Below, piece after piece: positions 10,295 to 20,046 of a stretch of DNA of 64,000 nt. The position numbers and the translations under genes are program-made. This DNA is from Verrucomicrobiales bacterium (lineage in GTDB: Bacteria; Verrucomicrobiota; Verrucomicrobiia; Verrucomicrobiales; SLCJ01), in assembly GCA_046075565.1 (NCBI GenBank), contig JBJTQJ010000030.1, forward strand, positions 40,873 through 104,872, read 5' to 3'. The notes under the pieces are model-generated. The model worked only from the letters and a program-made list of their open reading frames with translations. It had not been told where the DNA came from and ran no database searches. Position 1 is the first letter of the stretch; each line of letters starts with the position of its first letter.

Positions 10295-11092
10295 ATGGCG
10301 AAGACCCCGACACCCGCGAAACCCGTTTGGCCGGACTGGTTGCCCGCACCGACGGGCCAGGCCGCGGTTTGGCCATGGGAAAGGATTTTCGACGATTTGC
10401 CGAACATTGTTTTTTTCGCGAAGGATGTGCGGGGGCGTTACACCTCGGTAAACCGCTCGCTGGTCGAGCGGTGTGGGTTCTCCGACAAAGCCGCGATGCT
10501 GGGCAAAAGGCCGTCGGAAATTTTCCCCGCCTCGATGGCGGCGCACTTCGAGCGCCAGGATGCTCGGGTCCTCGGCAGCGGAAAACCGGTGCTGGACCAA
10601 TTGGAGCTGCATTTCCATGTGCAACGCCGCCACGGCTGGTGCCTGACCAATAAATACCCCCTCGCGGAGGCGGGCACGGGCAAGGTGATCGGACTGGTCG
10701 GGGTGGGGCGGGATGTCGAAACTTCGGCCCGGGGGGTGGCGGCGCGGGGGTTTCCGGAACTCGCCCGAGCCATCGATCACTTGCAGGGACGGGTGGAAAA
10801 CCCGCCGGGAGTGGAGGAATTGGCCGCCGTGGCCGGTTTGCCAGCCGGTCCATTCGCCCAAATGGTCCACCGGGTCTTCCACATGACCCCGCGGGACCTG
10901 ATTTTGAAGGTGCGGCTCGACGAGGCCATGCACCTGCTGGCCCATTCCGCCATGACACTGGCGGATATCGCGCTGGCGACCGGATTTTGCGACCAGAGCG
11001 CCTTCACCCGGCATTTCCGGCGCTTCACGGGAATTCCGCCGGGGGGATTCCGGGCCAGCCAGCGGGGAATTGAAAATTTCTCCGAAAAATAA
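10295..11092 (+). CDS. AraC family transcriptional regulator with N-terminal PAS domain
   Basis: FFAKD.RGRY..VN PAS pattern and C-terminal HTH LADIALATGFCDQSAFTRHFRR. Confidence 0.92.
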   Translation: MAKTPTPAKPVWPDWLPAPTGQAAVWPWERIFDDLPNIVFFAKDVRGRYTSVNRSLVERCGFSDKAAMLGKRPSEIFPASMAAHFERQDARVLGSGKPVLDQLELHFHVQRRHGWCLTNKYPLAEAGTGKVIGLVGVGRDVETSARGVAARGFPELARAIDHLQGRVENPPGVEELAAVAGLPAGPFAQMVHRVFHMTPRDLILKVRLDEAMHLLAHSAMTLADIALATGFCDQSAFTRHFRRFTGIPPGGFRASQRGIENFSEK

Positions 11093-11161
11093 GGACATCC
11101 GGGCAGGCTGGTGCTATAGAATTTGGAAAGTTCGTCTGCCGGGCGACGCATAATCAAGGAC

Positions 11162-11860
11162 ATGGCGAAGAAAGACGACAAAACCAAATCCACCGCCGAT
11201 TCCGCGGCTGATTCCACCAGCGACGAGGAAATCCTGAAAAGCGGGTATGCGAAGACGCGCAAGAGTCTCATCGCCCGTTTGCAGAACTGGGAGGACCAGC
11301 GGACTTGGGATGAGTTTTACCAGACCTATTGGCGGCTCATTTATAGCGTAGCCATCAAGTCCGGACTGCGGCAGGACGAGGCATTTGATGTCGTGCAGGA
11401 GACGATTCTGAGCATCGCGAAACAGTCGAAGGAGAATCGTTATGATCCCAATGCCGGATCCTTCAAATCATGGCTTTTGAACATGACCCGTTGGCGTATC
11501 GGCGATCAGTTCCGCAAACGCAAAAAAGACACGGCCATGGTCCAGCCCGAGTTCCAGGACGACAGCGGTCGCGGTGAAGCCATCGTCGAACGTGTGGAGG
11601 ATCCGAATGGGGACAAGTTGGAGCGTTTGTGGAATGCCGAATGGGCGAAGAATCTGACCAAGTCGGGACTCGAAAAAGTGAAACGCAAGGTCAGCGCCCG
11701 GCAATATCAGATCTTCGATTGTTATGTTCTGAAAGGCTGGGATACGGAACGCGTCGCCCGTGAACTCGGAGTGAGCGTGACGCAGGTTTATCTGGCCAAA
11801 CACCGGGTCGGTGCCGTGCTGAAGAAAGAACTCGCCGAATTGGATGGCAAGCTCCTCTGA
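11162..11860 (+). CDS. ECF sigma-70 factor, kinase-associated type
   Basis: TRKSLIARL..WEDQRTWDEFY..Y, EAFDVVQET, GSFKSWL (region 2) and region 4 VARELGVSVTQVYLAKHR. Overlaps the downstream kinase gene. Confidence 0.92.
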   Translation: MAKKDDKTKSTADSAADSTSDEEILKSGYAKTRKSLIARLQNWEDQRTWDEFYQTYWRLIYSVAIKSGLRQDEAFDVVQETILSIAKQSKENRYDPNAGSFKSWLLNMTRWRIGDQFRKRKKDTAMVQPEFQDDSGRGEAIVERVEDPNGDKLERLWNAEWAKNLTKSGLEKVKRKVSARQYQIFDCYVLKGWDTERVARELGVSVTQVYLAKHRVGAVLKKELAELDGKLL

Positions 11861-14429
11861 CCAACCCGGTGGTTGCGCCCCCGTGATCCCGGACCACCGG
11901 CTCCTGCGGCGGATCGGCAAGGGAGCTTACGGCGAAGTATGGCTGGCGCGCGGTGTCACGGGAGTTCTGCGGGCCATCAAGATCGTTCGTCGCGGGGACT
12001 TTGAAGAAGAACGGACCTTCGAGCGTGAGTTCGAGGGCATTCGCGAATACGAACCCATCTCGCGCCACCACCGCGGACTGGTGCATGTGCTGCACATCGG
12101 ACGCAACGAAGATGAAGGATTCTATTATTATGTAATGGAACTCGGCGACGACGTGCAAGGCGGGCCGGCCACCAACGAGATCGAATACGAGCCGCGCACC
12201 TTGCACAGCGATGTGCTGCGTCGCGGGCGACTTCCCGTCGGTTATTGCATCACGGTTGGGGAAGTGCTCGCCGACGCGCTGGGCTATTTGCACAAGCAGG
12301 GTTTGACCCATCGCGATATCAAACCGAGCAACGTGATCTTTGTCGGAGGTGTGCCCAAACTCGCCGATATCGGACTGGTGGCGCGCAGCGGTCAACGCAC
12401 TTTCGTTGGCACGCAGGGATTCACCCCGCCGGAAGGGCCGGGTTCTCCCCAGGCCGATGTTTACAGTCTCGGCATGGTGCTTTACGAGGTGAGCACGGGC
12501 AAAGACCGTTTCGATTTTCCGGAGGTGCCGGATGAACTGCCCGAGGAGGAACGTGCCGACTGGCGGAGGTTGAATGACGTGATTTGCCGGGCCTGTGACC
12601 CGGAAGTCGAGCGGCGTCATGCCGACGGAAATGTGCTGGGCATCGATCTCGGCGCGCTTGCCGCCGGACGCGAGCCGCCCATGGCCGAAAAGAAATGGCG
12701 AACGCCCGTGCTTGCCGCCGTCGCATTGGTCACGGTCGTCGCGACCTTTTCAGCGCTCTGGCCGACCCAGCCGCCCACTCCGCTTCCGGTGGTTTCGCAG
12801 CCGCCGGTTGTCGACAAACCCACCACCGGTTCGGTGCGTATCTTCACCACGCCGGGAGGAGCGGAAATCCTCTTCGAAGGAGAAAGCATCGGCCAGACTC
12901 CGCAAACACTTGACGATTTGCCTCCGGGTCCGGTGCGTTTCATGTTGCGTCTCGAGGGTTATCGCGCCGCCAACATGGAAGCCGAAGTCCATCCCGGCGA
13001 AACCGTCGTCGTGGCCCACGAACTCGAATTTTACAAACCACCGGTGGCAGGCCAACCATGGGTGAATCAACTCGGAATGGAGTTCAGTCCGAGCGGGCGC
13101 AACCACGCCGGCACCGGACCCGTCACGTGGAAACAATTCGAGTCCTTCGCAACCTCCGCCGGCAAGGGGCTGGCCTTTGAAAAAGCGGAATGGAAAAAGC
13201 CGGATGGGGAAAACGAAACGCTCGTGCTGGCCAGTCGTGAGGTGGCCGAGCGATTCTGCGCCTGGTTGTTGCAGCGCGGGCGCGAGCTTGGATTCCTCGG
13301 GCCCGAACATTACTATTCCCACGCCCGGGGCGATGCACTGCCACCCATCCAAGGACAAGGCGGAAAAGAGTTGACCCCTATTGTTTGCTCGGTGCGCAGT
13401 TTCCTCTATGGCGGATTGATGGTGAGCAGCCAACCCGAGGGCGCGGAAGTCTGGGAATTGCCCGCCCGCAGGTTCCTCGGTCGCACTCCATTGCGCATTG
13501 ATCGGTTGGTGCCCGGTCGCCAGGCCTTTGAAATCCGCCTCGAAGGTCACGAGAAACAACAAGCCACCGTCGCAGTGAAGGCGGAGGAAACAAGTGAACT
13601 CGCTCTCGTGCTGCGGCCAAGCAAAGGGGTGATCTTCGGCCGGGAATGGAAAAACAGCCTCGGGATGGGATTCCAGCCAGTCGGTGACCTCATGGTGGCC
13701 ACCACCGAAACCAGGGTAGCCGATTGGCAAGCTTATCGCGCCGCCACCGGTGCGGCCGCCGCCAGCACCAGTTTCCGCCAGCGGGCTGATGAACCGGTCG
13801 CGGGCGTGAGCCGCACCGACGCCATCGCATTCTGCGTCTGGATGACCAACACCGAACGCGGGCAAGGATTCATCCAGGACAATCACCGCTACCGTCTCCC
13901 CACCGATGCCGAATGGTCGCGCTTCGCCGGCTTGACCGAGGAGCCCGGATTGTCGCCCCACCAACTCGATGGACAAGACCGCGGCGTCTTCCCTTGGGGC
14001 ACGCAATGGCCTCCATCAGCCAACGCCGGAAACTTCGCCGATGAAACAGCCCGTGCCCGGCTTCCCCGCGGCACATCCATCATCACCGGCTACCGTGATG
14101 GCTTCATCAACACTTCTCCCGTCGCCACCTTCACGCCCAATCCTTTGAAATTGCACGACCTCGGCGGCAACGTTTGGGAATGGGTCGGCGATGACTATGG
14201 AGGCGATCCCGCCAACCCCGCTTCAAGCTGGGCTGTCTGTCGGGGTGGCAGTTGGGCCGATGGCAAACGCGATGACCTTCTCGTTTCGATGCGTAATATT
14301 CTCAAGGCCGATTATCGCGGTGATGGCCTTTACGGTTTCCGAATGGTGCTCCAGCGCGAAGGCGATCTTGATGTTGCCCCTGAACTGTTCCCACTTGTTC
14401 CGGCATTGCCATCACCCCCAAGTCCATGA
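11844..14429 (+). CDS. Membrane Ser/Thr protein kinase with PEGA and FGE-sulfatase (SUMF1-like) extracytoplasmic domains
   Basis: GKGAYGEV, AIK, HRDIKPSN, ADIGL, GTQGFTPPE and DVYSLG kinase motifs; TM segment; two PEGA repeats; RLPTDAEW...DLGGNVWEW...RGGSW...YGFR FGE motifs. Confidence 0.93.
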   Translation: MASSSDQPGGCAPVIPDHRLLRRIGKGAYGEVWLARGVTGVLRAIKIVRRGDFEEERTFEREFEGIREYEPISRHHRGLVHVLHIGRNEDEGFYYYVMELGDDVQGGPATNEIEYEPRTLHSDVLRRGRLPVGYCITVGEVLADALGYLHKQGLTHRDIKPSNVIFVGGVPKLADIGLVARSGQRTFVGTQGFTPPEGPGSPQADVYSLGMVLYEVSTGKDRFDFPEVPDELPEEERADWRRLNDVICRACDPEVERRHADGNVLGIDLGALAAGREPPMAEKKWRTPVLAAVALVTVVATFSALWPTQPPTPLPVVSQPPVVDKPTTGSVRIFTTPGGAEILFEGESIGQTPQTLDDLPPGPVRFMLRLEGYRAANMEAEVHPGETVVVAHELEFYKPPVAGQPWVNQLGMEFSPSGRNHAGTGPVTWKQFESFATSAGKGLAFEKAEWKKPDGENETLVLASREVAERFCAWLLQRGRELGFLGPEHYYSHARGDALPPIQGQGGKELTPIVCSVRSFLYGGLMVSSQPEGAEVWELPARRFLGRTPLRIDRLVPGRQAFEIRLEGHEKQQATVAVKAEETSELALVLRPSKGVIFGREWKNSLGMGFQPVGDLMVATTETRVADWQAYRAATGAAAASTSFRQRADEPVAGVSRTDAIAFCVWMTNTERGQGFIQDNHRYRLPTDAEWSRFAGLTEEPGLSPHQLDGQDRGVFPWGTQWPPSANAGNFADETARARLPRGTSIITGYRDGFINTSPVATFTPNPLKLHDLGGNVWEWVGDDYGGDPANPASSWAVCRGGSWADGKRDDLLVSMRNILKADYRGDGLYGFRMVLQREGDLDVAPELFPLVPALPSPPSP

Positions 14430-15046
14430 TTTCCCCCCGGTCCTACGCCATAATTCTCCTTGTTCCCTTCCTGCTCGTCTCTTGCGGGCCGCCCGCGAGA
14501 TTGAAGCGGGAAGCCGTGGCCATCGCGGGCCGTGCCACCGCCCCCTCGGGTGGAGTGAAGCGAAAAGAGGTGCAGCAGGTATGTTGGGAACTCTCCCGCC
14601 AGGGGCTGCGTTATTCCTTCGGTTCGGTGCGACCGGAGACCGGCGGTCTCGATTGCTCCGGAACCGTGCATTACGTGTTATCACGTGTCGGCTACCGCAG
14701 TGTGCCACGCCAGTCGAATCACCAGTATTATTGGGTGAAGGAATACGGAAACATGAATCACGAGAGCAGTCTGACCGAATCGGTGCTGCGGAGACTGAAG
14801 CCCGGCGACCTGCTCTTCTGGAGTGGAACCTACCGCACTGGAAAACGCTGGCCTAACATCTCCCATGTAATGTTCTACAGTGGACGCGACCCGAAAAGCG
14901 GGACGCACTACATGTTCGGCGGTCGCTCGGGCGGGCGCCGGGGCCTCAATGGTTCCGAAATCGATTTCTTCGTCCTGCGTCCCGGCGAAAGCGAGGGCAG
15001 ATCAGGAAAATTCGTCGGCTATGGCCGTCCGCCGGGTTTGCGGTGA
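14426..15046 (+). CDS. NlpC/P60 family cysteine peptidase lipoprotein
   Basis: Lipobox LLVSC; GGLDCSG, LKPGDLLFW and ISHVMFY motifs. ATGA overlap with the kinase stop. Confidence 0.88.
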   Translation: MISPRSYAIILLVPFLLVSCGPPARLKREAVAIAGRATAPSGGVKRKEVQQVCWELSRQGLRYSFGSVRPETGGLDCSGTVHYVLSRVGYRSVPRQSNHQYYWVKEYGNMNHESSLTESVLRRLKPGDLLFWSGTYRTGKRWPNISHVMFYSGRDPKSGTHYMFGGRSGGRRGLNGSEIDFFVLRPGESEGRSGKFVGYGRPPGLR

Positions 15047-15063
15047 GTCTCCCCGCCAACCGA

Positions 15064-16236
15064 TCACTTCTTCGGGCCGATCACGACCTTGCGCGATCCG
15101 TCCTGGTTGATAACGGTCATTTGGCCCCCGGTCTCCTTGGCCATGACCTTCATTGGTTCCAAGGCTTTCGGTTCCATCATCGAAATGCAGTTGATGACAA
15201 CTTTTGATGCTCCCGTTTTGGCGCGCCTGGCAATCGTCTTTGCCGTATCCATGCTGCGGTCTCCGGCCACGCCGTCGGTCATGAAATAGATCACGTCCGG
15301 CCTCGGATTGGCATCAAGGGCGATTTCGAGGGGATCATCCCAGTCCGTGCCGTAAATCAGGCGCGACTCCGCGATGTGTTTGACCGATTCCCTCACGTTG
15401 CTGCTGCTGGCATCAATCCATTTCACGCTGGGGAGCTTGCCTGATTTCAGCTTCCAGTCATTCGCGCCCTTCACACTGATCCAATTGTAAGTCTCATTGT
15501 CGTGTCCTTGGACGACGGCGCGCTCCTTGCCACCGACGTTTTGGATATCTTCACCCGCGAACCAGACCGGGCCAGCGAAGAAGATCAACGAATAGCTGAT
15601 GCCGGGCTTGAGTTCCTTGATGCTCTTGGTCAGTTCTTTCCGCATCATCGGGTCCCGTGGTCCTTTCATGGAGGCCGAATAGTCGATCACAAAGGCCACA
15701 CGGCTGGCTGTGGAGGTTTGTCCAAAGAAGCCCACTTTTCCGCCCGTGCCGGAGCCGGTTCCACCGAATCCGAGGCCCAGGCCCACTCCCGAACCCGTGC
15801 CGATATTGGCGAGATTGGAATCAGTGTTGACGGTGGGCACGAAGGCCGTCGCCGACGGAGCATGTGAACTGATCAGACGCGCGCTGGCGCTGGCCGCCGA
15901 AGGTTTGGATTTGACCGTCGCCTGGGTCGGTGATTGTTCGGTGATCTGATCCGAGGGAGGGTTGATGGTCTTTGCCTGAATCTCCGGCACGTCAACAGGC
16001 AGGCTGGGCAGGATAATCAAAGTGAGGATGAGAATCAGGATGACGTGCACCATGACCGTGATCACGAGAGAGGAAATCTTGGCCCCCCGCTCGGATCGCT
16101 TTTTGACGGCAGCGCTTTGCTCCGAATCCAGTGTTTCGTGATGTTGGGGTGCATGGCCAGATCCTGCCCATGCGGGCGTGAAGCCATCACCGGAGGGCAA
16201 CGAGTGTGTCGGAGGCGGGAGAGGGGATTTGGGCAT
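15064..16236 (-). CDS. Membrane-anchored von Willebrand factor A domain protein
   Basis: Single TM (VHVILILILTLII), Gly-rich linker, MIDAS DYSAS and FMTDG. Confidence 0.85.
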   Translation of the reverse strand: MPKSPLPPPTHSLPSGDGFTPAWAGSGHAPQHHETLDSEQSAAVKKRSERGAKISSLVITVMVHVILILILTLIILPSLPVDVPEIQAKTINPPSDQITEQSPTQATVKSKPSAASASARLISSHAPSATAFVPTVNTDSNLANIGTGSGVGLGLGFGGTGSGTGGKVGFFGQTSTASRVAFVIDYSASMKGPRDPMMRKELTKSIKELKPGISYSLIFFAGPVWFAGEDIQNVGGKERAVVQGHDNETYNWISVKGANDWKLKSGKLPSVKWIDASSSNVRESVKHIAESRLIYGTDWDDPLEIALDANPRPDVIYFMTDGVAGDRSMDTAKTIARRAKTGASKVVINCISMMEPKALEPMKVMAKETGGQMTVINQDGSRKVVIGPKK

Positions 16237-16370
16237 AGATGTCTGGGTTTTGGGGTGAGTTTTGAGTGAAAATACGAAATCACACCCTGCCGGACAACGA
16301 AAAAATTGCCGAGGAGGTCGGCGTGCCGGCGGCGCACCCGCTTAAATAAGCAAAAGACGGGGGCACTTTT

Positions 16371-16392
16371 CCCTTTTTCGGCCGAAAAAGGG
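16371..16392. repeat. Perfect 22-bp palindrome CCCTTTTTCGGCCGAAAAAGGG
   Basis: Read directly from sequence; lies between the pyc stop and the vWA gene start. Confidence 0.85.
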
Positions 16393-16422
16393 CTCAAAGT
16401 GGCTGGATCCGCTGCTATCCGG

Positions 16423-19400
16423 TTAATCTGCGACGAGGCGGACGAGGAGGTCTTTGGCCGCAACATTCTCTCCGGCTCCGACCTCGACCGCCTCCACCAC
16501 CCCGTCGGTCGGGGAGGTGACGGTGGTGAACATTTTCATGGCTTCCAGGGTAACCAGCGGGTCGCCTGTCTGCACTTTGGAGCCGACGGAAACCGCCACG
16601 GAGGCCACCATACCGGGCATGGGAGCGCCGATTTCGCCCGGTTTGGCCGGGTCGGCCTGCGGCCGCCTCACCACCTCGCGGGCGATGGATTTGTCCACGA
16701 TTTCCGTGGTGCGGGCGAGACCGTTCAATTCGAAATGCACGGGCCGTGAGCCGCTGGCATGGGGCTCGCCGACATGGTGCAGTTTCACGATGAGGGTCTT
16801 TCCTTCCTCGATCTCCACGTTCATTTCCTCACCGGGCGCGAGGCCGTAATAATAAGCAGGCGTCGGCAGCACCGAGACATCGGAGTGGCGTTTGCGGTGG
16901 TCTTCGAAGTCGAGGAAGACCTGCGGATACATCAGGTAGGACCAGACATCATCCTCGCCGGGTTGGCGGTGGATTTTCTTCGCGAGCTCCGTCCGGGTGG
17001 CCTCGAAGTCAACCGTCTCGGCATAAAGTCCGGGTCGTTTGTTCCGGATCTGCACCCGTTCGCCACAAATCTTGCGCACGAGTTTTTTCGGGAACCCTCC
17101 GGGCGGCTGGCCGAGTCCGCCGGAAAGCATGTCGATGACACTCTCGGGGAAACTGGTTCCATCAGGCAAGTTGATCACGTCCTTGGCCTTCACGCCTTTG
17201 GCGATGAGGAACATGGTCATGTCGCCCACGACCTTGGAGGAAGGCGTGACTTTCACGATGTCGCCGAAGAGTTCGTTTACTTCCGCGTAGGTGCGGGCAA
17301 TTTCCGGCCATCGGTGGGCAAGGCCCATGGCAGCGGCCTGTTCCTTGAGGTTGGTGTATTGACCGCCCGGCATTTCGTGGAGATAAACTTCCGCCGTGCC
17401 GTAGGGTTCGGCGGTATCGAACGGCTTGTAGAATGAACGCACGTCCGCCCAGTAGTCTGAGAACTCGTTGAGGGCTCCGATGTCGAGGCCGGTCGCCCGC
17501 GGGGTGTGCTCGAGGGCCGCGACGAGGCTGTTGAGATTCGGTTGGGAGGTGCCGCCCGACATCGAGGCAATGGCCGCATCGGCGATATCCACGCCCGCTT
17601 CGGCGGCCTTGAGGATAGAGGCGGCGTTGAGGCCTGAGGTATCGTGGGTGTGGAAGTGAATGGGCAGGGCGGTTTCGGCTTTGAGGGCCTTGATCAATTT
17701 GACGGCGGCGTAGGGTTTGCAAAGCCCGGCCATGTCCTTGATACAAAGCAGGTGTGCTCCCATTTTCTCCAGTTCCTTGGCCAGGCGCACGTAGTATTCG
17801 AGCGCATATTTGTCTCGGCGCGAATCGAGGATGTCGCCGGTATAACAAATGGCTGCTTCACAAAGGGCATGGGTGCCGCGCACCGCTTCCATGGCCGCCT
17901 TGAGGTTGGGCAGGTAGTTGAGCGAATCGAAAATACGGAAGATGTCCATGCCGCGGGCGGCGGCGTGTTTGACAAATCCGGCCACGACATTGTCGGGGTA
18001 GTTGGTGTAACCAACGGCATTCGAGCCGCGGAAGAGCATCTGGAAACAAATGTTCGGCACCGCCTCACGCAGTTGTTCCAATCGTTGCCATGGATCTTCC
18101 TTGAGGAAGCGCATCGCGGTGTCAAAGGTTGCGCCGCCCCACATCTCCATCGAGAACAAGTCCGGAGCGCGATGGGCAACCGCGCGTGCGACGTGCAGCA
18201 TGTCGTAGGTGCGCACGCGCGTGGCCAGCAGCGACTGGTGGGCATCACGGAACGTCGTGTCGGTCAACAGAAGTCGTTTCTGCTTTCCGACCCAAGCGGC
18301 GAATTTCTCCGCCCCCATTTCCAAGAGCATGTCGCGGGTGCCTTTGGGTGGAAGCGCCGGCACCGGACCAGCGGCGGGCACAACCGGAACCGATTTGGCC
18401 GGCAGGTAGGGGATGGAAGGTTTGAATCCTTTGGCATTCGGGTTGCCATTCACGATGACATTGCCGAGGAACGAGAGCAGTCGGCTGGCCCGATCGCGTT
18501 TGGCCTTGAACTGGAAAAGCTCCGGTGTCGTGTCGATGAGCCTGGTCGTGGCTTTCCCGGTGCGGAAAAGTTCGTGATGGATCACGTTTTCCAGGAAAGG
18601 AATATTGGTCTTCACGCCCCGGATGCGGAATTCCTTGAGGGCGCGATCAACCCGCTGGATGGCGAGATTGAAGTTGCCCGCGCGGGCGGTCAACTTGACG
18701 AGCAACGAATCGTAGTAAGGCGTGATGGTCGCTCCGCCGGTGGCCATGGCTCCATCGAGGCGGATGCCGAGTCCGGCGGGGGAGCGGTAGGTGAGGATGG
18801 TGCCGGTGTCGGGAGCAAACGCCTTTTCCGGATCCTCGGTAGTGATGCGGCACTGGATGGCATAACCAAAACGCGGAATGTCCGCCTGCGCGGGTATTCC
18901 GATTTCCGGGCCGTGCAACTTTGCACCGGTGGCGACGAGGATTTGCGAGCGCACGAGATCGACATTCGTGATCTCTTCGGTCACGGTGTGTTCGACCTGG
19001 ATCCGCGGGTTCATCTCGATGAAGAAATACGGGGAAACACGCGCATCGCCGGTGAAGGAATAACGATCTGCTTCGACTGCATCCATATCCACGAGGAACT
19101 CCACCGTTCCGGCATTCTGATACCCGATACCGCTGGCAAGGCGGGCGGCGGCTTCACACAATTCTACCCGCAGGCGATCATCAAGGCCGACCGATGGGGC
19201 GATCTCGATGACCTTCTGGTGGCGGCGTTGCACGGAACAATCACGCTCGTGCAGATGCACGACATTGCCGTGGCGGTCGCCGAGGATCTGCACCTCGATG
19301 TGTTTGGCGCGGGCGATGTAGCGCTCGAGGAAGACCTCGTCGTTGTCGAAGGCTGATTTCGCCTCGGCGCGGGCTTCATCGAGTTTGGTAGCAAGTTCGC

Positions 19401-19926
19401 CCTCCGCATTCACGATGCGCATGCCGCGCCCGCCGCCGCCATGGGCAGCTTTGATGATGAGGGGAAATCCGATCTTCCGGGCGATGGCCAGCGCCTCCTT
19501 GCGATCGGCCACCGGATAGTCGGTGCCGGGAAGCGTGGGAAGCCCCGCTTTGTCGGCCAGAGTCCGCGCGGCCATCTTGTCTCCCATTTGCGAGAGCAAT
19601 TTCGGATCGGGACCGATGAAGGTGATGCCGGCTTCCGCGCAGGCACGGGCGAATTTCGCGTTTTCAGAAAGGAATCCGTAACCGGGGTGGATGGCATCCA
19701 CGCCCTTTTCCTTGGCGAGGCCCACGATGCCGGGGATGTCCAGATAGGCTCCAACCGGGCCTTTGGTGGGGTCCAATTGATAGGCCTCGTCGGCTTTGAA
19801 CCGGTGGACGGAAAATCGATCCTCGCGGGCATAGATGGCGACGGTGCGGATACCGAGTTCGCTGGCCGCGCGGAAGATGCGGATGGCGATTTCGGAACGA
19901 TTGGCGGCGAGGATTTTCCGGAACAT
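16423..19926 (-). CDS. pyc: Pyruvate carboxylase (single-chain BC-CT-BCCP)
   Basis: ANRSEIAIR, HPGYGFLSEN, ERDCSVQRRHQK, RDAHQSL, WGGATFD, KVTPSSK and biotin motif EAMKM. Confidence 0.98.
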   Translation of the reverse strand: MFRKILAANRSEIAIRIFRAASELGIRTVAIYAREDRFSVHRFKADEAYQLDPTKGPVGAYLDIPGIVGLAKEKGVDAIHPGYGFLSENAKFARACAEAGITFIGPDPKLLSQMGDKMAARTLADKAGLPTLPGTDYPVADRKEALAIARKIGFPLIIKAAHGGGGRGMRIVNAEGELATKLDEARAEAKSAFDNDEVFLERYIARAKHIEVQILGDRHGNVVHLHERDCSVQRRHQKVIEIAPSVGLDDRLRVELCEAAARLASGIGYQNAGTVEFLVDMDAVEADRYSFTGDARVSPYFFIEMNPRIQVEHTVTEEITNVDLVRSQILVATGAKLHGPEIGIPAQADIPRFGYAIQCRITTEDPEKAFAPDTGTILTYRSPAGLGIRLDGAMATGGATITPYYDSLLVKLTARAGNFNLAIQRVDRALKEFRIRGVKTNIPFLENVIHHELFRTGKATTRLIDTTPELFQFKAKRDRASRLLSFLGNVIVNGNPNAKGFKPSIPYLPAKSVPVVPAAGPVPALPPKGTRDMLLEMGAEKFAAWVGKQKRLLLTDTTFRDAHQSLLATRVRTYDMLHVARAVAHRAPDLFSMEMWGGATFDTAMRFLKEDPWQRLEQLREAVPNICFQMLFRGSNAVGYTNYPDNVVAGFVKHAAARGMDIFRIFDSLNYLPNLKAAMEAVRGTHALCEAAICYTGDILDSRRDKYALEYYVRLAKELEKMGAHLLCIKDMAGLCKPYAAVKLIKALKAETALPIHFHTHDTSGLNAASILKAAEAGVDIADAAIASMSGGTSQPNLNSLVAALEHTPRATGLDIGALNEFSDYWADVRSFYKPFDTAEPYGTAEVYLHEMPGGQYTNLKEQAAAMGLAHRWPEIARTYAEVNELFGDIVKVTPSSKVVGDMTMFLIAKGVKAKDVINLPDGTSFPESVIDMLSGGLGQPPGGFPKKLVRKICGERVQIRNKRPGLYAETVDFEATRTELAKKIHRQPGEDDVWSYLMYPQVFLDFEDHRKRHSDVSVLPTPAYYYGLAPGEEMNVEIEEGKTLIVKLHHVGEPHASGSRPVHFELNGLARTTEIVDKSIAREVVRRPQADPAKPGEIGAPMPGMVASVAVSVGSKVQTGDPLVTLEAMKMFTTVTSPTDGVVEAVEVGAGENVAAKDLLVRLVAD

Positions 19927-20046
19927 GGTCGGCGGGTGTGGGGGAGGCCATGAAACCCCATTTTTGCCAATTCGCCAGTGGAAAAAGATGCCCCGCATCC
20001 GGTTTGTGCGGAATGCAGGGCGTGAGCGGTCGATTTTGCGGCAATC

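Noticed and set aside
14150..14355. FGE/C-type-lectin C-terminus as a diversity-generating retroelement target
   Set aside because: I saw no template repeat copy and no reverse transcriptase in the window. A remote DGR cannot be excluded but is unsupported.
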